Source: an uncultured archaeon (GTDB lineage Archaea; Iainarchaeota; Iainarchaeia; Iainarchaeales; JAAZKV01). From it: 32,000 nucleotides of DNA. Shown piece after piece: positions 25,154 through 32,000 of this stretch. Position 1 is the stretch's first letter. The number at the start of each line of letters is the position of its first letter. The translations under genes and the position numbers were made by a program. The notes beneath the pieces were generated by a model, which ran no database searches, was not told the origin of the DNA, and saw only the letters and a list, made by a program, of their open reading frames with translations. The stretch lies in contig CAZKBG010000002.1 in the NCBI GenBank assembly GCA_964551375.1, positions 64,962 to 96,961 of the forward strand, in the 5' to 3' direction.

Positions 25154-26638
25154 ATGGATATGCGGCTGGACTATGGTCCATGGGAAGTAATTTTTAACGG
25201 ACAAGCCTACGGACACGAAGTGGAAGTAGCGATGAATCCTGAACATTTTTACATTGCGCTGATTTATGATAAAAAAGAAGGAAAAAGAAACGGCGCGGTA
25301 GTTGAAGGATACAAAGCATTTTATGCAAGAGGCTCGCTTGAAGCATTTGTGCAAACCCTTCCAAAGAACTGCTTTGCCGTTGAAAAAAATCTTGGGGACA
25401 AAACTTCAAAAATATTCTTTTTATCATTTGACCCTTTCTATGTGGATTTTAAGCAGGAAGATTATTCAAGAAAAATCGATAATATTATTCGAAAAACCGA
25501 CGAAGGCGCGGCAACAATAGTTGACCTTGCGAGAGCAAGCGCAATAGAGCTAAAAGAGCTTGATACTGTTTCAAAGGCGGACTATGTGGGAGTGCTTGGA
25601 GACCCTTTCACAATAATGCAGTTTGTTTTAGGAAGCAAGGAAAATAAACTTACGAGAATGGACCTTGTGCAGAAGAAAGAATATCCTGAAGACATGGCTC
25701 CGATGATACAGCTTGGATTAAGCAAAACAAGAGAAATAATGAAAGAGCCGGCAAAAAATCTTTATAAAACACAAATCACGGGAGACGGGCTCGGATTATA
25801 TTATTCAGCATATGTTGTCTGCGAGCAGATGCTTCTTGACGATTATCCTGTGCTTATAATAGACGACATCGGATATTTTTCCCAGCTGGGAGTAGTTTCA
25901 ACAAACTCAACCGAGTTAAAAGAAGAAATAGTCGACTTTGAGCCGATGGCTTTTCCAATGCGCCCGCTTGTTGCAAAAGAATCAATAAATGTTTCACTAA
26001 AAGACGCTGATTTGATGTTCATGCTGGAACTAAACGGGCTCTTTGACACTGAATTTAACAAAAACCTTGCGCTGTTCAGCTTTGCAGCACAGGTGAATAC
26101 AATAAAAGAACTTGTTGACAAAGTGCTTTTTACAAATGAAATGGGGGAGTATGATAAATTAAGAGCTGAAAGAATACTTAAAATAATTGAGAAAAAACTT
26201 CCAAACATCTTCGGCTCATCGCTTCCGATTGATGAATTAACAAAAACAGTCGCGGGAAAACTTGGAAGAGCGGTGGTTGTTGAAATAAAAAAACTTGACA
26301 TGGAAGAAAGACTTGTATTCATGCACACACTTTTTAGGCAGATAACAAAATCAGCATCGGAGAACAAGCAGTTAAACTGCGTTCTTGTTGTTCCTAACCT
26401 TGATGATTTGCTTGCCGCAAATGAAGAAAGAGCCACAACTGCGCTCTTGAGGCTTCAGAGAAGAGGAATCGGACTTGTAGTTTGCACAGGAAAAGAACTG
26501 CCTGAAAATTTAACACAGGCATTCAGCGCAAAAGTAAGCGTTGTGAGCGGAAAAGATGTTGCGGTTTCAATAAAAGGGAAAAGAAATTACAGAATCACAC
26601 TAAGACCTACTCTAAGCGGCTCTCCAAGAGCAAACTGA
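25154..26638 (+). CDS. HerA/FtsK-like (DUF87-type) P-loop protein with degenerate Walker A/B motifs; probable pseudo-ATPase
   Basis: The ORF track starts at a TTG (25088); I prefer the ATG at 25154 (MDMRLDYG...). QITGDGLGLYYSAYVV...YPVLIIDDIGYF is colinear with the HerA pattern I-x-G-x-T-G-S-G-K-S ... V-x-I-x-D-P-H-G-E-Y, but GK[ST] is replaced by LYY. NCVLVVPNLDDLL sits where hhhhDEAH is expected. RLQRRGIGLVVCTGKELPENL matches the G-R-K/R-x-G-h-x-h-h-h-x-T-Q segment. No canonical GxxxxGK[ST] anywhere in the protein. Confidence 0.6.
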   Translation: MDMRLDYGPWEVIFNGQAYGHEVEVAMNPEHFYIALIYDKKEGKRNGAVVEGYKAFYARGSLEAFVQTLPKNCFAVEKNLGDKTSKIFFLSFDPFYVDFKQEDYSRKIDNIIRKTDEGAATIVDLARASAIELKELDTVSKADYVGVLGDPFTIMQFVLGSKENKLTRMDLVQKKEYPEDMAPMIQLGLSKTREIMKEPAKNLYKTQITGDGLGLYYSAYVVCEQMLLDDYPVLIIDDIGYFSQLGVVSTNSTELKEEIVDFEPMAFPMRPLVAKESINVSLKDADLMFMLELNGLFDTEFNKNLALFSFAAQVNTIKELVDKVLFTNEMGEYDKLRAERILKIIEKKLPNIFGSSLPIDELTKTVAGKLGRAVVVEIKKLDMEERLVFMHTLFRQITKSASENKQLNCVLVVPNLDDLLAANEERATTALLRLQRRGIGLVVCTGKELPENLTQAFSAKVSVVSGKDVAVSIKGKRNYRITLRPTLSGSPRAN

Positions 26639-26692
26639 AAATAACTGCGAATCAGACTAAACCTAAAAATCAGACTTGTTCTAACTGAAAAA

Positions 26693-27184
26693 TTATATTT
26701 TCTTTGAAGCGTCTTTTTCGCGAAGCTTTTTATCAATAAGATCCCGAACTTGAGTCAGCGTTGCAAAATCAAGCGGATTAATAGAATCAATTACATATTT
26801 TAGTTCTTTTAGTTCTTCCTTGCTTGCGGTTCTTCCACGCATATCCTCAACCTGCGCGCCAAGAAGAGCAACCTGCTGCTTTAGTGAATTAACTTCCTCG
26901 CTGTTTGCCCCGCCCTGAGAAGAAAGCGCGGGGGCATTAACAACCTTATCTTCAAGATTTTTGATTTTCTTGTTCAAAACAACTAAGTTTCTTCCTAAAA
27001 TCTTCTCATTTCTGACAAGATACTTGATTTTTTGGGTTACAAGAAGAATGCTTGAATTTAATGCCCTAATATCCTCTCTAATTCCTCCGCCGCCGCTAAC
27101 TATTGGCATCGAAGAACTAACTGACTGCATCTGCATCGGGGCGCCCTGCCCACCGGAGGTATTTGATCTATCAGGCCTTGGCAT
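26693..27184 (-). CDS. Coiled-coil protein with disordered Gly/Ser/Met-rich N-terminus
   Basis: The ORF track begins at a GTG (27193); the first ATG is at 27184 (MPRPDRSNTSGG...). Heptad-like regions (ILGRNLVVLNKKIKNLEDKV; VNSLKQQVALLGAQVEDM). No family recognised. Confidence 0.65.
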   Translation of the reverse strand: MPRPDRSNTSGGQGAPMQMQSVSSSMPIVSGGGGIREDIRALNSSILLVTQKIKYLVRNEKILGRNLVVLNKKIKNLEDKVVNAPALSSQGGANSEEVNSLKQQVALLGAQVEDMRGRTASKEELKELKYVIDSINPLDFATLTQVRDLIDKKLREKDASKKI

Positions 27185-27280
27185 AAATAACACACATTAG
27201 TAAAATTAACCTGGCTATTATTAAATAGGTTTTGATACTTAAAAATGTATTGTATGCAGAAAGAAAGAAAAGAGAAAGCA

Positions 27281-29806
27281 ATGCTTCTTGACGCAACTTA
27301 TTTTGATTCAAGCGAAAAATCTGAAATTGCATTGTACTGCTTTGACGGCAAAAGCCATTACTGGGTAAAAGACACAAACTTTCTGCCCTACTTGTACATC
27401 TTATCTTCAAAAGCTGATGTTAAGAGAACCGCAAGCGAAGTGCTGAATTTGACATTCGGCTCTGAAGAAAAGTTCAAGGCAAAAACTGCCTCACAAACGG
27501 AGCTTATCTGCAAAGGCAAATCAGTTATAAAAGTTGAATTTAACAAAGTCTCCCAGCTTGTTTTAGCAAGAAAAACATTCTCCGAAGCAGGATATGAAAA
27601 GCATGAATATGACATTCAATATTCAAAAAGATATTTGCTTGACAAAAGACTTGAGCCGGGAAACTGGGTTGAATACACTGTTGTTTCTGAAGAAAAAACT
27701 GCTGAAAAGAGCGCATCTGCCAAAGATTTAGAAAATAAAACTGCTGATTTTGAAAGCGAAGACGAAGAAGGGGTTTTGAAGCTCCCAGTTGAAGGAAAAA
27801 TTAAGGTAATCAAAGATGCGCATGCAATTGACGGGGAATTTATCGGCAGAGCAACTGCGTTTGATCTTGAAACAAAGATGGGCAAAAAGTTTACTATTGG
27901 AATTGAGCCAATATTAATGGTTTCAGTAGTGGCAAATGATGTGGGGTTAGCTTCGTCAAAGCCAAATTATGAACGAGTAATGTCCTACGGCACCGCAAAA
28001 GTTCCAAATCTTGAAATGCTTAAAGATGAAAAAGAGCTTGTTGAAAAAACAATAACTGAACTAAATCACGATAATAGTTTTATTGTAACTTATAATGGGG
28101 ATAATTTTGATTTTGCTTATACAAAAGAGCGCGCAAAGAAATTCAAGCTGGATTATTTGGTAAATGGAATATCCCCAAGGACTATGCGAAAAGGAATTGA
28201 TAATGCAGTAAAGTTAAGCGGAGTCCAGCATATAGATTCATTTCAGATAATGCGATTTCTTCAAAGAACAGGCGCAGTGAATGTATCCAAACTTGATATT
28301 GAAAGCGTTTCAGAGAAAGTATTTGGGGAATGGAAAGAAAAAGTCCTTCCTAAAGAAATTACCGAAGCATGGGAAAGTAAGGATAAGAAAAAACTTGAAA
28401 GGCTTGTGGATTACAACTTGAAAGATTCAAGAGTTGCATTAAAAATTGCAAAAGAATTTCTTCCATTGTTTGTGGAAATATCTAAACTAACTTCCCAAAC
28501 GCTTTACGAAACAACAAGAAACACCACTTCCCAAATGGTTGAAGATTTGCTCCTCAAGGAAGCTCATTATCGCGGAATAGTTGCGCCAAACAAGCCGAAA
28601 GAAAATGAAGTAACTCAAAGAACAATGAATCCAATTAAAGGGGCATTTGTAAAAGAGCCCTTAGCAGGGCTTCATGAAAACTTAGCAGTGCTTGACTTTG
28701 CCTCGCTTTATCCAAGCATAATAATAAGCCATAATATTTCTCCTGATACCTTGAACTGCGCTCACGAAGAATGCAAAAAAAATGTTTCTCCAGACGGCAC
28801 ATGGTTTTGTACATATGAAAGAGGGTTATTCCCGCAAATACTTGAAAGCATGCTAAAGCAAAGACTTGTATTAAAACGCGAATACAAACGCAAGAAAAAA
28901 GAAGATGGAATTGATGATAAAGTTTTATTTGCAAAACAATGGGCGCTCAAAATTATTCTAAACTCGGTTTATGGATACTTGGGGTATCCAAGGGCAAGAT
29001 GGTACTCAAGAGAATGCGCAAGCGCAACAACCGCCTGGGAAAGAGATTATATTCACAAAACTATTACAAAAGCTGAAAAAGAGGGATTCAAAGTATTATA
29101 CGGCGACACTGACTCTGCATTTATTTTAATGAATAAAAAAACACGTGATGAAGTAAAGGATTTTGTTGAAGGAGTGAATAAAGAGCTTCCAGAAGATATG
29201 GAGCTTGAAGTGGACGGGTTTTATAAAAGAGGAATATTTGTGACAAAAAAAGAAGGAGGCGCGGCGAAGAAAAGATACGCATTAATGGATGACAAGGGCG
29301 CGTTAAAAATTGTCGGATTTGAATATGTAAGAAGAGACTGGTGCATGCTTGCAAGAGAAACCCAAAAAAAAGTAATAGAACTAGTGCTAAGCGAAGGAAA
29401 ACCGGAAAAAGCGGTTGAATATGTAAGAAATGTAATTAAAAATTTAAAAGAAGGCAAAGTGGAGAAGAAAGAATTAGTAATAATGACAATTCTTCAAAGA
29501 GAGCCAAAAGATTATGATTCAATCGGCCCTCATGTTGCGGCTGCGGAAAAAGCAATTGCGCGAGGAAAAGAACTTGGAGTGGGCTCAATGCTGAGTTTTG
29601 TTATAAAAAAACCAACCAAAGGAAAAGAAAGCATTTCAGAAAAAGCAGAGCTTGAAGAATATGTGAGCGAAGGCGATTATGATGTTGATTACTATCTTGA
29701 AAACCAAGTAATTCCTGCCGTTATAAAGATACTTGCAGAACTCGGATATTCAAAAGAAGATTTACTCACAGGCGGAAAGCAGACTGGATTAAGCGCATGG
29801 GGTTGA
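27281..29806 (+). CDS. polB: Family B DNA polymerase (archaeal type)
   Basis: All motifs are present and contiguous: Exo I FDLET, Exo II YNGDNFDFAY, Exo III DYNLKD, Pol A LDFASLYPSII, Pol B KIILNSVYGYLG, Pol C YGDTDS, plus KKRYAL. The start at 27281 (MLLDATYF, the usual archaeal PolB N-terminus) is preferred over the upstream ATG at 27245. Confidence 0.95.
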   Translation: MLLDATYFDSSEKSEIALYCFDGKSHYWVKDTNFLPYLYILSSKADVKRTASEVLNLTFGSEEKFKAKTASQTELICKGKSVIKVEFNKVSQLVLARKTFSEAGYEKHEYDIQYSKRYLLDKRLEPGNWVEYTVVSEEKTAEKSASAKDLENKTADFESEDEEGVLKLPVEGKIKVIKDAHAIDGEFIGRATAFDLETKMGKKFTIGIEPILMVSVVANDVGLASSKPNYERVMSYGTAKVPNLEMLKDEKELVEKTITELNHDNSFIVTYNGDNFDFAYTKERAKKFKLDYLVNGISPRTMRKGIDNAVKLSGVQHIDSFQIMRFLQRTGAVNVSKLDIESVSEKVFGEWKEKVLPKEITEAWESKDKKKLERLVDYNLKDSRVALKIAKEFLPLFVEISKLTSQTLYETTRNTTSQMVEDLLLKEAHYRGIVAPNKPKENEVTQRTMNPIKGAFVKEPLAGLHENLAVLDFASLYPSIIISHNISPDTLNCAHEECKKNVSPDGTWFCTYERGLFPQILESMLKQRLVLKREYKRKKKEDGIDDKVLFAKQWALKIILNSVYGYLGYPRARWYSRECASATTAWERDYIHKTITKAEKEGFKVLYGDTDSAFILMNKKTRDEVKDFVEGVNKELPEDMELEVDGFYKRGIFVTKKEGGAAKKRYALMDDKGALKIVGFEYVRRDWCMLARETQKKVIELVLSEGKPEKAVEYVRNVIKNLKEGKVEKKELVIMTILQREPKDYDSIGPHVAAAEKAIARGKELGVGSMLSFVIKKPTKGKESISEKAELEEYVSEGDYDVDYYLENQVIPAVIKILAELGYSKEDLLTGGKQTGLSAWG

Positions 29807-29912
29807 AGTTTTTTTATAAGTAAAGTGTATATACTACCGCAAAGACAAAGACCAGAGGTTAAACTTGCTCCGCTAAAGTGAGTTTAAAACACTTGCTAAA
29901 TAAGGTTATTTT

Positions 29913-30812
29913 ATGGAAACGAATGTTTTGAATGCTTATAAAAAAGCGGCTGGTATTTGGCGAAGCGCAATTGGAGTAGCGGAGAAAAAAGCGCAGGAAG
30001 GAGTTCTTCTTTTTGATTTGGCTGAAGAAGTGGAAGCATTTGTAAGAGCCGAAGGGGCAGAAAGCGCATTTCCAATAAATTTAAGCATTAATGAAGAAGC
30101 AGCGCACTTTACTCCAAAATGGAATGACTCCCTTGAACTAAAAGCAAGCGATTTATTAAAAGTTGATATTGGGGTAAGTTTTGACGGATACATCTGCGAT
30201 GGGGCAGTAAGCGTGAATTTAGACAATACGCACGCAAAGCAAATTGAAGCAAACACGCTTGCGCTTGAAAATGCAATCAGCGTAGCAAAATTTGGAAAAC
30301 CAGTTGAATTAATCGGGGCTGAAATTGAAAAAACACTAAAATCAAAAGGGTTTAATCCGGTGTATAATCTTGGCGGGCACGGACTTGGAAGAAATGATAT
30401 TCATTCATCGCCAAGCATACCAAATCATGCAGGCGGGAGCAGCGAAGGACTAAAAGAAGGCGCAATTGCAATAGAGCCTTTTGCTTCAACCGGAGTAGGG
30501 CATGTTGCTGAAGTGCAAAATGTTGAAATATTTGCGCTAACCGATAAAAAAACAGTTAGAAATAATTATGCAAGAGAAATAATTAGAATTGCGGCAAGAT
30601 ATGAAGGAAGACCATTTGCTGAAAGATGGATACGAAAAGAACTTGACACTAAACTTAGCGGGTTTCAAGTAACAATAGGGCTAAAAGAGCTGATGAAGTA
30701 CGGCTGTGTTACTGCATTTCCCGGGCTGAAAGAAGCAAAAGGCGCGATGATTACTCAAGTTGAAAAATCTGTTCTAATACTTGAAGACAAAACAATAGTG
30801 CTTGGCGAATAA
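29913..30812 (+). CDS. map: Methionine aminopeptidase, type 2 (archaeal, M24A)
   Basis: 299 aa. Has AFPINLSINEEAAHFTP, the metal-ligand context KVDIGVSFDGYICDGAVS (D, D), GGHGLG (H), IAIEPF (E) and QVEKSVLI (E), plus the type-2 helical insert between them. Confidence 0.9.
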   Translation: METNVLNAYKKAAGIWRSAIGVAEKKAQEGVLLFDLAEEVEAFVRAEGAESAFPINLSINEEAAHFTPKWNDSLELKASDLLKVDIGVSFDGYICDGAVSVNLDNTHAKQIEANTLALENAISVAKFGKPVELIGAEIEKTLKSKGFNPVYNLGGHGLGRNDIHSSPSIPNHAGGSSEGLKEGAIAIEPFASTGVGHVAEVQNVEIFALTDKKTVRNNYAREIIRIAARYEGRPFAERWIRKELDTKLSGFQVTIGLKELMKYGCVTAFPGLKEAKGAMITQVEKSVLILEDKTIVLGE

Positions 30813-30857
30813 CTTTTCAACTAAAGGCTTAAATTAAGCGCGAACTAGGTTATACTT

Positions 30858-31481
30858 ATGCAAAGCAGTGTAAGCCGAGACATGGTGTTAAGAGCAAAAA
30901 GAAAATTTGCCAAAAAAGAGCTTGCGCGCAAAAGAAAAGAATCTCTTTCTAATGCACGAAAGTTGACTACGGAAAATCTTGCGCTTCGGCTTAGGGAATC
31001 TGCATCCAAAAAAGTTCGAAAGATTAAGGGCGGGGGGATAATAATTTCTCATAGCGGAAAAAAAATGTTTCTCTCGCTTAATGACGGGCAGAATATGCTT
31101 GCAAAGGCGGACATAAGCGTTCATGTTCACGGACTTCAATTAATTGCGGCAATTGACCAGATACAAGGGGTATTTGGAAGAAAGAAAGAGCTTGATTTGA
31201 TAAAATCAGCAAATAAAAAACCGTGGAACATACTACTTGTGACAATGGCAGTTGAGGCTGCAAAAGAAGCTGGATTTACAAAAGTTTTACTTAGGGATAT
31301 AACTACAAGCAGGTTTTACCGAAAGCCAAATGTTCCGTTCCATTCAATGATGCCATCTGAAGTGGTGGTAAAATGGCAGCTGGAAAAAAGAGCCGCAATG
31401 GAAAGATTATACAAAGCAACTGCAAGAGAACTTGGATTTAAGGAAAAAGAAGGGCATTATTATTCAAAATTGTTAATTTAA
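30858..31481 (+). CDS. Hypothetical protein with strongly basic N-terminus
   Basis: 207-aa ORF with an AGGT motif upstream of the ATG. The N-terminal ~55 aa are Lys/Arg-rich. The C-terminal part (VEAAKEAGFTKVLLRD ... RLYKATARELGF) is vaguely acyltransferase-fold-like, but no diagnostic motif is present. Confidence 0.6.
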   Translation: MQSSVSRDMVLRAKRKFAKKELARKRKESLSNARKLTTENLALRLRESASKKVRKIKGGGIIISHSGKKMFLSLNDGQNMLAKADISVHVHGLQLIAAIDQIQGVFGRKKELDLIKSANKKPWNILLVTMAVEAAKEAGFTKVLLRDITTSRFYRKPNVPFHSMMPSEVVVKWQLEKRAAMERLYKATARELGFKEKEGHYYSKLLI

Positions 31482-31506
31482 CTAATTTTTAATTTAAAAT
31501 AAGTTA

Positions 31507-31578
31507 TGCCCCCGCAGGGAATGCGCTCGACTGTTGTTGAGGCAACTCGCATTGCTGTGCAATGCTCGTTCGAACCCT
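31507..31578 (-). pseudogene. Duplicated tRNA-Arg 3' fragment (T-arm halves plus acceptor 3' strand) interrupted by a ~48-nt structured insert
   Basis: A 17-nt exact direct repeat of the tRNA-Arg 3' end (atgcccccgcagggaat, 31506-31522 = 31588-31604) plus a 9-nt repeat of the T-arm 5' half (tcgaaccct, 31570-31578 = 31604-31612). These are separated by an insert (31523-31570) holding two hairpins (31549-31565 and 31528-31549). No 5' half (D arm or anticodon arm) is present. Confidence 0.5.
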
Positions 31579-31588
31579 TCTATTTGCA

Positions 31589-31661
31589 TGCCCCCGCAGG
31601 GAATCGAACCCTGGTCTCAAGCTCCGCAAGCTTGCATACTAATCCACTATACTACGAGGGC
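31589..31661 (-). tRNA. tRNA-Arg (anticodon GCG)
   Basis: Hand-folded cloverleaf on the - strand: GCCCTCG TA GTAT AGTGGATTA GTAT G CAAGC TTGCGGA GCTTG AGAC CAGGG TTCGATT CCCTG CGGGGGC A. 7-bp acceptor stem (one G-U), 5-bp anticodon and T stems, canonical T-loop, no encoded CCA. Confidence 0.88.
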
Positions 31662-31687
31662 GGTATCAAATTAATTCCCAGAAACTC

Positions 31688-31695
31688 TTATAAAA
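31688..31695 (-). promoter_or_regulatory. TATA box (TTTTATAA on - strand) for tRNA-Arg
   Basis: The proximal edge lies 27 nt upstream of the tRNA 5' end at 31661, which is typical archaeal TATA spacing. Confidence 0.5.
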
Positions 31696-31923
31696 GTCAA
31701 TTCAAGTAGTTGGAGGGATTTTTTTTATAAATTTCAGCTTTTTTCAAATCACACTCTTTTTCTTGGACAATAACAACCTTTATAAACAAAGAAGTGAGTA
31801 ATTATTTTATGAACGCAATAAGTGAGTGTATTCATCTACTTTAAATCCAAAACTTATAGCGTTAGCTCTGCAAGACAGAATAAGAACAATTTTAATCCTT
31901 CTTGCGAAGCATATATTTCAGAT

Positions 31924-31996
31924 GGTTGGGATCGTCCAGTAGTTAGGATAGGAGACTGTGGATCTCTTGACCCGGGTGCAATTCCCGGTCCTGACC
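31924..31996 (+). tRNA. tRNA-His (anticodon GUG) with genome-encoded G-1
   Basis: Hand-folded: G(-1) GTTGGGA TC GTCC AGTAGTTA GGAT A GGAGA CTGTGGA TCTCT TGAC CCGGG TGCAATT CCCGG TCCTGAC C. G-1 opposite discriminator C73 is the tRNA-His identity feature. No encoded CCA. Ends 4 nt before the window edge. Confidence 0.75.
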
Positions 31997-32000
31997 TTTC

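Noticed and set aside
27281-29806. Possible intein or split organisation of PolB, or a viral or plasmid origin of the polymerase.
   Set aside because: Motifs A, B and C are contiguous at normal spacing with no intein-sized insertion. The neighbours (map, tRNAs) are housekeeping genes. No terminal-protein, integrase or capsid-like genes are nearby.
31508-31590. A + strand tRNA reading of the duplicated region (GCCCCCG... with a TTCGAAC T-loop-like motif).
   Set aside because: A cloverleaf cannot be completed. No stem pairs around TTCGAAC and there is no matching acceptor 3' strand. The similarity is explained by the reverse-strand tRNA-Arg fragment.
31506-31709. 67-aa + strand ORF (MPPQGMRSTVVEATR...).
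   Set aside because: It overlaps the tRNA-Arg gene and its duplicated 3' fragment on the opposite strand. The reading frame is a by-product of GC-rich tRNA sequence.
1-32000. A window-wide look for CRISPR arrays, IS elements or transposases, integrases, toxin-antitoxin pairs, rRNA, or stop-codon reassignment.
   Set aside because: There are no regularly spaced repeat-spacer arrays and no ORF with transposase, integrase or nuclease hallmarks. The giant ORFs read through with the standard code and end at TAA, so no recoding needs to be invoked.

Overview
AT-rich, densely coding segment that reads as archaeal chromosome. It carries a family-B DNA polymerase with all exo/pol motifs, an archaeal type-2 methionine aminopeptidase, TATA-like boxes and tRNAs without encoded CCA. 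A small-genome DPANN-like lineage is my inference only. About two-thirds of the window (1-22275, + strand) is three tandem giant ORFs (>=1595, 2757 and 2538 aa). They are paralogs, built from repeated carboxypeptidase-regulatory-like and Cys-bracketed Ig-like beta-sandwich domains plus a shared Cys-containing C-terminal module I cannot assign to any characterised family. A 356-aa polytopic membrane protein carrying the same beta-sandwich domains sits between giants 1 and 2. Downstream are five small polytopic membrane proteins (86-139 aa). Next come two coiled-coil proteins on the - strand flanking a HerA/FtsK-like P-loop protein whose Walker A/B motifs look degenerate. These are followed by polB, map and a basic 207-aa hypothetical protein. 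The window ends with tRNA-Arg(GCG) (-), a duplicated and interrupted copy of its 3' end, and tRNA-His(GUG) (+). I saw no rRNA, CRISPR array, transposase or integrase. The best candidate for something undescribed is the giant-protein array together with the small membrane proteins and the pseudo-ATPase, possibly a surface or host-contact apparatus. All functional statements about it are inference from sequence patterns read by eye, with no database search.
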